The notes beneath the pieces were generated by a model. That model was not told the origin of the DNA and ran no database searches. It was given only the letters and a program-made list of their open reading frames with translations. Shown piece after piece: positions 38,755 to 51,003 of a DNA stretch of 64,000 nucleotides. Where the stretch lies: contig JABVCE010000019.1 of assembly GCA_014905635.1 (NCBI GenBank), positions 372,001-436,000 on the forward strand, given 5' to 3'. Source of the stretch: Scenedesmus sp. PABB004 (lineage: Eukaryota). Position 1 is the stretch's first letter, and every line of letters begins with the position of its first letter. The position numbers and the translations under genes are program-made.

Positions 38755-41268
38755 TCAAGTCGCCGATGGGTCGCCGCCGCGGCGGGCGCCGCCCGCGCCG
38801 CCGCCGCCGCCGCCCGCCCACGGTGCGGCGCGGTAGGGGTGGCCCTCAGTGTTGAACACCTGCGGCGGCGCCGGCGCCGGCGGCGGCGGCAGCGTGGGCC
38901 TCGCGCGGCACACCCCGGCCCTCGGCCCCTCTCCACGCTCGCGCGCGATCGCCGCGCCCACCCGCGCGCCGCGCAGCGCCGGCCCTGCTGCACCCTCAAC
39001 CCCCGACGCCGAGTCCTGCAAGCCCTGAACCGCTGCCGCGCCCACCCAGTCGCGCAGCGGCAGCACGTCGTCGTCCGAGAAGAGCAGCCACAGGTATTTG
39101 AGCGTCTCCGCGAGCCACCAGTCCCACTGCGCGTCGAGCCGCTCCGGGCGGTGCTTGCTCGCGTCGACCAGCCCCGCGTGGCCCCCGCTCGGCGTGCTGC
39201 GCGCGGCGCCGGCGGCGCGCGGCGCTCGGCGCGTGGGACGCTGCGCGCGGCCCGTCGCTGCACCCGCCCCGGCAGCCGCTGCGGCAGCCGCGCCCAGCCC
39301 TCCGCCGCCGCCGGCGCAGCAGCCGCCGGCCGCCGCCGCCGCCGCCGCCGCACCGGGTCCACATCTGCGTTGCGCGGAAGATCTGCAGGCGGCGGCGCGG
39401 CGGCCGCGGCCGCCCAGCGTCGTCAGCGCGCGCGCCTCGAGCACCGGCTGATCCACCAACCACGCGCCCGCGGCGCGCGCGCACCCCCCTCCCCCGCCCC
39501 TGCCCGCGCCACGCGCCTGCCAGCCCCAGTCGCGGTACGTCTGGTTGTGAGTCAGGCGCCAGAGGTAAAAGAGACTCTCCACCAGCTCCGGCTGTGTGAG
39601 AGAGCCGGCGGCGGCGCGAGGTGCGGCCCGGCAACGTCGGCGCGCCGCCGCGAGCCGCCGGTTGCGCCGCCGCCGCGACGCAGGCGCCCCATAGCAGCAC
39701 AGGCAAAGCAGCAAGGACCCCCTCCCGGCCCCCAGCGCCGGCTCGCCCCCACACCCTCCCGCCGCGCCTGCTGGTCGTAGTACTCAGCGTCGCGCGACGG
39801 CGTCGCGGAGCGGCGCGCCGAACTCGCGAGCGCGTCGACGCCGTGCGAGTTGAGGCCTGCGGTTTTAGAGCGGCGCGGCCGCGGGGCGGCCGGGCCGTCG
39901 CGGTCGGCGCAGGTCGGGCGCGCGGCGCGCGCCACCCTGAGCCCTGAACCCTCGAGACACTCAGGACACCCAACCCTGAACCCCAAACCCACCCGTGGGT
40001 GACTGGCGGTAAAACTCGTAGCACGTGGCGGCGATGCGCTGCGCGAGGGCCAGGTCGTCTGGCTCGCCCCGCGCGGCGCCGCTGTTCAGGCCGTGCATGT
40101 GCCCTGCGCGCGCGCGGCGCGGCACGGGCGGCGGCGCGGGTGGCGGCACGGCGTGGCAGCGGCAGAGGCCGCGACGGCGGTGGCAGTAGGCGTTGCCACG
40201 TTCGGCAGCAGCGGCGGCGCGCGGCAGCAGCGCACCGAGCGCGAGCATGCCGGCTGAGAAGCAGGAGAGATGCTCCATCGCGGCCGCGTGCTTCACCTCG
40301 CCGGTGGCCGGGTCGCGCGAGACCGCGGGCAGCCATGCGTGGCCGTCGGGCGCGGCCGTGAGCACGTGGGCCCGCACGCCGGCCATCGCGGCCGAATAGA
40401 GGCGGCCGGGCAGCTGCGGCGCCGGCCGGCGGCGGGTGCGGCGGCGGGTGCGGCGGCAGCGGCCCGCTCGTGTGGCTGCGCCGGGGCGCAGCAGGCGCGC
40501 GGCGCGGCGCCCGCCCCTTCAGCCCCTCGGCCGCCGGGCGCGCACCTCGTCGCGGCCGCCGGAGAGGGCCCAGCACTTGAGCATGTACTGCGGGGGGGGC
40601 GGGGCGGGCGTTGTGTTGATTTGTTGTTATTTGCTGTTGTTTATGTTTCTTGCGACTGTCACTCTCGCAGCGCGTGAGAAGAGGACCCGTCGCGCGCCGC
40701 GGCGGGGGCCCGACAGGGCTGCGCCATCGCCCCAAAGCCCGCCGGCCCACGCGGCCCCCCCCGGCCCACCTCGTAAGCCAGGTCACCCATGCCCCCGAGA
40801 GACGTCCACCACGGCCCCCAGCCGCCGCCGGGCGCACTGCGGTTGACCTCGGCTGCCGCGCCGCGCGGGGCGGGGCGGGCGGGGCGGAGAGTGCGCACGC
40901 AGCGTGGGGCGAGGCGCCCCCGCCGGCGCCCCGCGGGGCACGGCGCCGCCGCCGCCGCGGCCGCTGCGCACACCTGGGATCCACGCGCCGCTGGGCACGG
41001 CCCACCAGATGGGGACGAGGCCGTCCCACTTCACGCTGCCCTCTGGCGCGGCGTCGAGCGCCGCCCAGAGCCGGTAGGCAGCGGCCTTGTACGTGGCGTT
41101 GCCTGCAGGCGGGGCACCGGACGGGTTTTTGTTGGGGGGGGGGGGGGGGGGCAGGGTGCAGGGTTCAGAGTGACCGCACACGCGCACCCGTCACGGCGCT
41201 GAGGCGCGCAAACTCGAGCGTCGGCGACGCCGCCTCGCCGACGTTGGTCTCGTTGCCGCTGTGTGTGC

Positions 41269-41299
<31 letters not shown>

Positions 41300-42699
41300 T
41301 GGGGGGCAGGGTTCAGGGGCCGGGTCAGGGCCAGGGGCCCGGGGCGTGGAGTGTGGCCGCCCGGCCGCGCTCGCGGGCCGGGCGGCGGCACGCGCGCACG
41401 CGGCGGCCGCGGCGCGCGCGCGCTCACCTGCGCGTGAGCGTCGCGAGGTGCAGGTTGCGCCAGGGCCAGCCGCTGGCCTCGTCAAACGCCACGAGCATCC
41501 TGCGGCGCGAGAGCGGGCCGGCCGGTCGGCGGCGCGGCGGCAGCCGGGCGGGCGCGCGCGCGCGCGGCGCCCGCCGAGCGGCCGGGAGGGAGTGGCCCTC
41601 AACCGTTCAACCCCTGGGGCCCGGGCCGCGGCGGCGCTCACTTGTCCGCCAGGCCCACTGCCTGGGACAGATAGGCCTGGTCGCCGGTGAGGTCATGCAG
41701 GGAGAGCAGGGAGCCGAGGAAGGTCATGCTGCGGGTTTAGGGCCGGGGCAGGGCAGGGTTCAAGGGCGAAGGGTTCAGCGTGGGGCGGCGGACGGGCGCG
41801 ACGGGCCGGGGAGGGAGCGGGAGCCGGAACGCGAGCGCGGGTGAGGCGTCCGGTTCAAGCGCAGCCCTTGACACTGAACCCAAGCCCAAAACCCCCTCTC
41901 GACCTCGCGGCGGCCCCTACCTGAGCGTGAACACGTCGGCCGTGACGTTGGAGGCGTCAAAGTCGAGCCCCCCGCGCGCGATCCAGTCGGCGGCCTCCGC
42001 ATACTCGGCGGTCAGCCCGAGCAGCCAGAGCGTGTCGGCAGCGTCGACGATGGTCATGCCTGCGGCGGGGTTTAGTGGCGACGGGGCGCCAGGGTTCAGG
42101 GTTGTAGTGGTGCAGGGCTTAAGATTTTAGGGTCAAGGACGGCTGCGCGGCGGGGTGCGGCGCACCGAGGTTGTAGGGCACCTGGCGGGCGGGGCGGGCG
42201 GGCGGGCAGGCGGGCGGGCGGGGCGAGGGTTTAAGGAGGTGGCCGAGCCACCGCACTGGGCGCAGTCCACGCCCAGCGCGGCCCCGGGCCCGCCCGCACC
42301 CAGGGGCAGGGCGCGCCCGCCCTGCTGAGCGGCGCGAGCTGGTCTGCGCCCCACGCAAAGCGCCTGCGCGGGCGAGCGGCGCGGCAGGGGCAGGGTGGCG
42401 GCGCGGGGGCGCGGCAGGGCACGGCAGCCAGGCGGGCCGCCCCCGCGCGCGCCGCCGCACCGATACGCGTGCCACGACGCAGCGGCGGCCTCGCGCACGA
42501 GCGCGGCCCGCGCGCCCGGCGCGCGCACGCAGCCGAGGCCGTCCGGGCCGCAGCCGGGGTCGCCGTCGCAGATGCGGCTGTGCCGGCAGCGCGCGCCGTC
42601 GTCGTCGCGCCGCGGCTGCGCCGCCGGGAGCTGCGCCAGCAGCAGCAGCAGCAGCAGCAGCACGGGCAGCACTAGCGCAGCCGCTGCGCGGCGCCGCAT
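38755..42699 (-). CDS. Glycoside hydrolase family 47 (class I alpha-1,2-mannosidase-like), divergent active site
   Basis: Signal anchor [126 protein letters not shown]. Confidence 0.93.
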
Positions 42700-42954
42700 G
42701 GTTGGTGCACTTCGAACGCGCCGCTCGCCGCTGCTGCCGCGCGCGCCGCCGCCGTCGGCGCGCCCTGCTGCTGCTTCCGAGCGCCCGAGTCACGGAGCCA
42801 CGCGCTCGTGCGTCCGGGACGCGCAGCAGCAGCAGCAGCAGCAGCAGCAGCGCCTCCCCGCCGCCGCAGCGGGCTGCGGCTGCGCTTGCGCTGCTCCGGC
42901 CAGTGCAGCGTGGGGCGAGCTCCGGCCAGTCCGCTCCAGTCTGCTCCGCGGAGC

Positions 42955-43393
42955 GAGGTCGTGCGTCGAGGAGTCGATCTGGCTCCGCCGCGCGTCGCCG
43001 GCAGCGAACGGGTGGCGCGCGGGGGCTTGGGCGCGGCGCGGTGCAGCGGCAGGGCGCGGGCGATCGAGGGCGATCGGCCGGGCGGCGCGGGCGCGGCCAG
43101 CACAGTGTCCCAGCCCTGCGTCGTGTGTGTTACTCGCCTTGGAGCTTTGCGGCGCGGTGCATGTGCGTGGCTCCCGCGCCGGCGCCGCGCCGCGGTCGGG
43201 GCGGCAGCAGACGCGAGCGGCGCAGCCCCGGCCGCCGGCCAGCAGAAAATCGCTTTGAGCTCGGCCTGAGCTGGGCTGGAAGCCGCCCCAGTCCTGTTCC
43301 CCTAGGGGAACAGGAAGGGTCAGCTGACCCTTGCGCGTCTCCCACGCGACTGAAACTGCCCACGCAGAGGCCACAGCACCGCCGCTAGACCTG
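42955..43393. repeat. Degenerate direct repeat, copy 1 (homologous to blocks within 46223-47195)
   Basis: Identical blocks: 28 bp 42955-42982 = 46223-46250; 44 bp 43225-43268 = 47011-47054; 26 bp 43325-43350 = 47128-47153. Confidence 0.9.
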
Positions 43394-43770
43394 CGTGCAG
43401 AAGTGCAGCCGGCGCGCCGCAGCGGCGTGCCGGCCATATATGGCAGTTTCGTGCGTTGGTGGCGGCACGCTCTGTTCTCATCAGAGCACGGCTAGCGCCC
43501 AGCCCCCCGATTCCCCCGCCATCCTGCCCCCAAACAAACAAGATGTATGCTGGCACCGCCATGTGCAAACAAACAAACCAGAGAGCTGCCCCGACACCGC
43601 CCAGCCGCGTTCATTGGCGGCGCGTCGCGCGGCCGCGGGGGTTGAGGACTGCGGGCTGAGCCGGCGCTTCGCAGCCTCGCGGCTCGAGGCACGCGCATGC
43701 TCGGTTAGCTGCTCTTGGCAGTCGGCCTCAGTTGGCCTTGCAAGGAGAAGCAACTGGCAGCCGGCCTCAG

Positions 43771-46193
43771 TTAGTTGCTCTTGACAAACTTGTTGACGCA
43801 CGCCATGACCGCGTCGTTGCCCGGCGCGCGCCCCGCGCCGTACAGGCACGCCACGCAGCCCGCCTTGGAGGCCTGGGGCACCGGGAACGACTCGGGGGAC
43901 ATCCAGCAGTTCCAGCACGCGCCCGCGAGCGGGCTGGTCAGCGGGCCCGACCCCGCCATGCGGTCAGTCGGCGCCTTGAGCATGCACTGCAGGCACGCCT
44001 CCGCCGACGCGACTGGCGGGGCGGCAGGTGCGTCGGCGGGGGCGCGGGCGGGGGCGTTGGGGCGGGCAGCGTGGCGGTTGCGCCGGCGGGGGCGCGAGCG
44101 GGGGTCGGGCTGCGGGCGGCGGGCGGCGGCGGGTGCGGGAGCGCACCGTTGGGCTTGGCCTCGGGCGGCGCGTTGACGCAGTCGACGGGGCGGAACCCGC
44201 AGTCAGCCTCCATGCACTGACCGCACCCTGGGCGCGGGCGGTCGACGGGGCAAGGCGGAGTCAGGGAGGAGCCGGCTGGAGCGCCCCGCGCGGGCCAAGT
44301 CGCCGCGCCCGCCGCGCATGTGGTCCGCTGCCACCTAAACCACGCGCCCCCGCCTGCCCGACTCTAAGCCCCGCCCCCGCACGCACCGTAGTTGTCCTTC
44401 TGCCCAATGCACTTCACGCACAGGTCCTTGGTCGCCGCCGACAGCAGGTTGGCGCACGCCGCGCAGCGGTCGGACGCGCGCGTCGCCGACGTGCAGGCGA
44501 TGCAGCGCGCGGGGTCCTTTGTCGCGAGGCAGCGCCTGGCCGGCAGGGTGGGGCGGGGCGGGGCGGCGCGTGCAGCGGCGGGGCGGGAGGGGGAGGCGTC
44601 GCGCGCCATTCGCCGGGAGGGGGACGCCGGCGGCAGCGCTGCCACGCGCTGGTGCTCGCGCGCGCGGCGCGCTTGCAGGACTGCTCGGCAGCAGCAGCGC
44701 ACTTGCAGGACTTCTCGGCCATGCCCATGGGGCACAGCGGGTTGAACTGGCGCTTGGGCACCACGCCGCTCACCCAGCCGTCCTTGGGGTCTGGCGCGGC
44801 GCGCGGCGTGGGCGTGGCGCGGCGCGGGCCGGCGGGCGCGTCGGTCGCGGACGTCGGGGGACGGGCGACGGGCGCGATCCCGGCCGGCCGCGGCGCGCCG
44901 CCCCTCGGCGCCCCGCGCGCGGCGCGCGCTCACTGGACGAGACGACCGGCGGGTTCTTGGTGTCTTTGATGGTCTTGAGCGAGCACATGTTGGGCGGCCA
45001 GGCGTCGCCCATGCAGCTCTTAAAGTTGCCAAACGTCTTGCCGCCTGTGGCGCCGCGGGGCGGCGGCCGGGGCAAGGGGCGCGGTTTGGTTGCGCGAGTG
45101 CTGTGCGCGTGCGAGGGCGCGTGCGAGAGTGTGTGCGCGGGGACGCGCGGCGCGGCGCTGCGGCGGCGGCGCGGCGACGGCGGGGGTGCGGCGCACCGTT
45201 GTCGTCGCCGATGCCTTTGTTGGCAAAGGAGGCGAGGTAGGCCTTGCAGCCGCTGCCGCAGCCGGCGGGGTTGGTGCAGAGCACCCACGCGTTGCAGCCG
45301 TCGGTGTCCTTGCACCTGACGCAGCCGGCGGTCGGCGGCGGCGGCGGTCGGCGGCGGTCGGCGGCGGCGCTCGGCGGCCAGAGGGGTGCACGGGCAGTCG
45401 TCGGCGGCGGCGGCGCAGCGCGCGCGCGTCGCCGCGCACCGCTCGCAGCAGCTCGCGGGGTTGGAGGGGTTGCAGCCCTGGCGGCGGCGGTGGCGGCGGC
45501 GGCGCGGGGTGGGACGCGCGGCGTGGGGCGGCGCTGCGGCTCGCTGCGGCCGCCGCTCGTGCTGCCCCCGCGCGCGCACGCCCGCCGCGCAGACCTGGCA
45601 GTTGGTGTAGCCGTAGGAGTCGACGTCCAGCTTGATGAGCTCGCCCCCTGTGAATGCATTCAAGACGTTCATCATTACGAAGTGAGCGGGCGCGACCGCG
45701 TGAGCGGCGCGGCGCTCGCGCGGCGGCAGCGGGGCAGGCGAGCGCGGCGCGCGCGGGCGCCGCGCGCACCGAGGTTGCGCTGCGCCGCGCCGCAGTCGCC
45801 GGTCGCGCAGACGGTGGACTCCTTGGCGTAGTAGTCACGCACCTTGGCGCACGCCCAGGCTGCGGGCGGCGGGCGGGCAGCGGCGGTGACGCCGCGAGCA
45901 GCGAGCAGCGGCGGTGCCGCCGCGCCGAGCTGGCGAGGCGGCGCTGCGATCGGAGCGGCGGGCTTTGGGGATGCGGAACGAGACCACGCGAGCGCGTCGC
46001 GGGGGGGGGGGGCGCCGGGCCACAGCGGAGCCGGCCGGCAGCAGCTCCTCGGCGCGCCCGCGCCTCGCCGATCGCACGCGGCGCTCCCCACCCAGCGCAG
46101 CGCATTAGGTCACGCACCCGGGGAAGCGCCGGCGGCGCTGGAGCAGAGCTGCGCGAGGCAGGCGAGCAGCAGAGCTGTCGCGATGCGAGCCAT
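43771..46193 (-). CDS. Secreted cysteine-rich protein with a PAN/apple-like domain and CxxC repeats; function unknown
   Basis: Signal peptide MARIATALLLACLAQLCSSAAG. Exons GCNPSNPASCCERC, CKDTDGCNAWVLCTNPAGCG...CSLK...GWVSG (PAN-like). C-terminal CIAC/CAAC/CVKC/CLQC/CWNC/CVAC repeats ending VNKFVKSN*. Confidence 0.75.
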
Positions 46194-46222
46194 GATGCTG
46201 CTCCGACGGACAATGCGAGATG

Positions 46223-47195
46223 GAGGTCGTGCGTCGAGGAGTCGATCTGGATCTCCACGAAGCGTTCGCGCCGGGCGGCAAAGCGCAGGCGGGCGGCCGG
46301 GCGCACCAGCAGCGGCGCGGCAGGGCACTGCGGCAAGGGCTCGAGCGGCGGCGGCGATCCTGTGAGCCGGAGCTGCCGGCACGGCGACCCGGCGCCACCG
46401 CTGGTCGGCAGCTTTCCTCAGGCCGGCCGGCGGCTGCCGGCCGCGGTCAGCCGCGGCCGCGCGCGGTCAGGCGCCGGCGGAGCGACCCGCGGCAGGCGCT
46501 GCACAGGGCGGCGCCGGTCTGCTGAATCACGATCGATCCAGGCATTGGATCGACACCGGCGGTGCGTGGGCTCACATGCCGCCACCTCAGCGAGGCTCCG
46601 CGTGCGGCGTTCGGTGACGCCGTTGGTGCCGACGGGGCAGCAGCAGCCTGCGAAGCTGCCGTGCGGCGCCACAGCCGAGCACTTGCACCTCCCGTCACAC
46701 CGCACCGCCACGACCCCGGCTCCGAGCACGGGCTGCGGGGCCGCGCTAGCCTGCGTCACCGGGCGCCCGCGTGCGCCGCCCTCTGGCCCCGCCGTGTGGT
46801 GTTTAAGCATATTATCATGCCGTTTATCGCTAATACGCGCGGCACCAGACGCGCAGAGCAGCACACGGCGCGGCGCTTGTGAGCAGAGGTTCATGGCGGT
46901 GCGCCGCAAAAAGAGGCGTCGCGCCGCGCTCGTGCGGTGGCAGTGCGTAGCGCGGTGCATTTGCATGGCTCCGGCGCCGGCGACGCGCCGCGCCGCGGTC
47001 GGGTGGCGCGGCCCCGGCCGCCGGCCAGCAGAAAATCGCTTTGAGCTCGGCCTGGCCCAGCTCTGGAAGCCGCTCCTGGTCGGTATAAGGCCCCCCGCGC
47101 CGCCGCGGGCCGCCCAGTCTGTTCCCTTGACCCTTGCGCGTCTCCCACGCGACGCACACAGCCCCCGCACACGCCACAGCCCGTCACTAGACCTG
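46223..47195. repeat. Degenerate direct repeat, copy 2, in the divergent promoter between the two secreted-protein genes
   Basis: Same blocks in the same order and orientation as 42955-43393, with longer spacing between the first and second block. Confidence 0.85.
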
Positions 47196-47231
47196 TATAG
47201 CTCCCGCCCAACTCGCAGCCCCGCAGCGCCA

Positions 47232-50200
47232 ATGCAGCCGCCGCGCCGCAGCCGCGCGCCGGCTATGGCCGCGCTTGTGCTCCTCGCGTTTGTGGGCGTG
47301 GCTTCCGGGCGCACGCTGCTCCAGGGCGACCTCTGCGCCGACATCCCGGCCTGCGAGGCCGGGCGCTGCGCGCTCAAGTCCATCAGCGGTGACAGCAAAC
47401 TCATCTGCACTAAATGCATCACCGGCTACAAGTACACGGCGGACCGGCTGCAGTGCGGTGAGCGAGCGGTTCCATGGCGCCGGGAGGCCGCCCTGCCTTC
47501 ACGGCACCGCGGAGGCGCCGCGGGCACCCGCGGCGCGCTCCCATGTCCCTCACGACACCGCCCAGCGGGCGCCCGCTCGCGCGCGATGCTTGTCACCCGC
47601 TGACGCGTGTTCTGCTCCGCCGCCCCGCCCCGCCGCGCCCGACCCTGACGCCGCCCCGCCCCCGCAGTCTGCCCGCCCGGCACCGCCGAGCTCAACACCA
47701 CCACCGCCGATGGCTTCGTGCTCAGCTGCGAGCCGTGCGGCAAGGGCTCCTGGTGCCCCGGCGGCTCGCGCTCCGCGGCGGCCGCGTCGGACGCGCGCGG
47801 CCCGCGCAACGCCTGCGGCGCCAACACGGACACCAAGTCGGCGCGCGCGCGCAGCGCGACCGCGTGCTTCGCCGTCGCTGGCTACTTCCTGAGCGACGCC
47901 AGCGCCACCGGCGTGACGGCGGCGCAGTGCGGGTCGTCGACTTATACCACCGGCCTCAACCGCCAGCGCGCGTGCACGCCCTGCCCGTCCGGCTTCGCTG
48001 AGGACGGCACCGACGGCCTCACCGCCGCGGGACGCACCACCTCGGCCGCCGTGTGCAGTGCGTGCCGCACGCGCGCGCGCAGCCCCAAGCGCCGCGCCCC
48101 AAGCGCGCGCCCCGCGCTGACCGCCGCCGCGCCGCCGCGCCGCCCCCACACGCAGAGGTGCCGCCCGGCAAGTTTGTGTCGACCAACGAGGTCCGCGACT
48201 GCGCTGAGGGGACGTACCGCGCCAACTACACGGCCGCGAGCGCCGCGGCCGCGTGCAAGGCCTGCCCCCGCGGCGTGACGACGTGGCGCAAGGCCGCGAC
48301 GAGCATCGAGGAGTGCACCAAGCTCCTCCCCGGCTTCACCTTTGGCTCCAACAAGGCTGCCGGCACCAAGGCCTACCCCGGGCTGGAGGGCGTGAGCGCG
48401 CAGAACGGCCAGCCCCTCTACTACGCCGCCGGTGACGCGACGCAGTGCCCGTACGGCACCTACTTCACCGGCGGCGCGATCGCCACGACGACCGCGAGCC
48501 CCGACTGCACGCCCTGCCCCAGCGGCTTCACCACGCAGCGCCTGGGCGCGACGTCGAGCGTCGAGTGCAGTGAGTGCCGCGCGCGCGCGAGCCGCACCAC
48601 GCCGCGCTTGGCGCGCTGCTGGCTGCGCCGCGCCTGCGCCGGCACTGACACCAACGCCTGCGCGCGCCCGCGCCCTGTGCCCTGCAGTGGCGCCGCCCGG
48701 GTACTTCAGTAACAACGTGGCACTGGCCAAGTGCCCGTCCGGCACGTTCCGCGAGGACTGGGCGCCGGCCGTGTCGACCAACGCCGCCAAGGACGGCGCC
48801 GACGTGTGCACCGCGTGCGGCGCCGGCATCGCGGCTGAGCTGCGCGAGGTCGACGAGCACCCGACCGCGGCCGCCGGCTCCAAGGTCGCGTCCAGCGCCG
48901 AGTGCTGCTGTGAGCGCCGCGCTGCGCCGCGTGCCCGCGCGCGCGCCGCCGCCCGTGCACGCGCCGCGCCGCCCGCCCGCTCACCCGCCGCCGCGCTCCT
49001 TGCGCAGACATCACCGCGGGCCAGGGCATGCTGCCCGATCTCTCCGTGCCGAACAAGCTTGCGTTCAAGGCGGTTGACTGCCCGCTCAACTTTTTTGGCG
49101 TCAATGCGACCCACTACGGCCTCGCCTCGCTCCCCTGCACGCCCTGCGGGCGCAACCTGGTGACCAACACCACCAAGTCCACCAGCCGCGCGGCGTGCTA
49201 CAACATGGCCGGCTATGGCTACACCGGCGGCGGCGTCGCGAGCCCCTGCCCCGTTGGCAGCTACTCCCCGACGGGCGCGATGCGCGACTGCGTCGCGTGC
49301 CCGACCGGCCGCACCACGCTCGACAACTCCACCGCGCAGGGCACCATCGCTGACTGCGTCGTGGAGCCGGGTTACGGCATCTACACCGCCGGCGCGACCG
49401 ACCCCTTCGCCGCCCCGGCCGGGCTCGCGGGCCTGACTGCCGAGGCCAAGGCCTCGCTCGCGGTCGCTGAGTGCATCAAGGGCGCGTACGGCGTCGGCGG
49501 CGCGGTCGACTCGCTCTGCACCAAGTGCACCACCGGTGGGTGCACACCGCCCGCACCCGCGCCCCCGCGCCCGCGCCCGGCCCGCGCTTGCGGCGGGGGC
49601 TCACGCGCGCCCGCCCCTCGTCCGCCGCCGTCGCCGCGCAGGCGCGACGACGAACACCATCGGCGCGACGGCGCCCGGCGACTGCAGCGCCTGCACCAAC
49701 GGCTACGGCGGCTTCCCAATCTGCACCGCCTGCCCTTACAGCACCTACTCGGTCGGCGACAGCACCGGCGCCTGCACCGCCTGCGCGTCGACCTCATTCT
49801 CGTACGTCGACGGCACCGGCGCGGTTGCGCAGGTCAGCAGCGACGGCATCACCTTTTACCGCGGTGCGGCGAGCCCCGCGATGTGCGTCCCCCGCCGCGC
49901 GCTGCTCTCGCCCGACGCGGGGACGATCTACTCGGCCAACACCAAGACCGACCCCATCTTCACGTCCACCTACGGCGGCCTCACCACGACCGGCGTCGCG
50001 AGCCTCGCCGACTGCTACGCCACGTGCGCCAACCCCAACACCGGGTGCTGCATGGTGCAGTACAACCAGGCGACCAAGACCTGCTACCGCGCCGCGCCCG
50101 GCGCGCCGGTCGGGACGGGCACCGCGGACGGCGTGCTGACGGTCAGCTTCAAGCTCCCGCCCGCGGGCAACGTCGCGGCGCGGCTCGCGCCGGCGCCGTC

Positions 50201-50573
50201 GGGCGCGCGGCGCCTGCTCGCCGCGTCGGCGGAGCCCAGCGGCATCGTGCGCGCCCAGATGGCGAGCAGCGGCCTCTACGCTCGCTGCGCCACGACGGCC
50301 TGGACCTTCAGTGGCGCCGCCAAGATCACCGGCACGGGCGCGTTCCTGCCCGCCATGCCGGGCTCGAAGCTCGACGGCACCGACTACTCCTGGGCGGCCT
50401 GCCGCGACCTCTGCGAGCAGCAGGCCGCGTGCTGGGGCTTCCTCTGGGCCGCCAAGGCCGGCGCGCAGGGGGCGTGCTATCTGCGCGGCGGCATCGACGC
50501 CCCCGGCTACGTCTCGGCCTTCGTCAACCCCGACCCCGACACTGTCGGCCTCGCCGCATTCAACTGGTCCTGA
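47232..50573 (+). CDS. Secreted cysteine-rich ephrin-receptor-like/GCC2-GCC3 repeat protein with PAN-like C-terminus; probable paralogue of 11589-14394
   Basis: (MQPPRRSRAPA)MAALVLLAFVGVASG-RTLLQ. Repeats CGSSTYTTGLNRQRACTPCPSG and CPVGSYSPTGAMRDCVACPTGRTT. C-terminal CRDLCEQQAACWGFLW...CYL. Stop TGA ends at 50573. Alternative ATG at 47265. Confidence 0.87.
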
Positions 50574-51003
50574 AAAGAACCTGAACCCTGAAAACGGCCA
50601 AACGCCTCCACACCGGACGGACGGAACTGTGAACGCCCTCACGACGCCGGGGCGCGCCCAATCCCAACCCCCCTACGCTGCGCACTTGGCCGAGCGCACT
50701 CGGCCTCTCAGCTGGCAGCGACGTTGTTTCAGGCTCACACGCACTGCACTGCCGTCGAACCTTCTTGCGCCTTGCTTGTTCGTGAGCCTCGTGCGCCGGC
50801 ACCTTGCACCGCACCGGCGTGGCACGCCGCTCTCCGCCTCGCCCCTTTTCGCCCACCACCTTCACCCAGCCTGCGGCGCACGCGCCGCAGCAAGACACCC
50901 CTCCACGCCTCACCCCAACGCGCGCCGCGCGCGTTTGGCTCGCACCCGGAGGCCCCTTGGGGCCTCTGAAGATTCGTCTGATTCTGATTCGGGGGCGCCT
51001 CGC

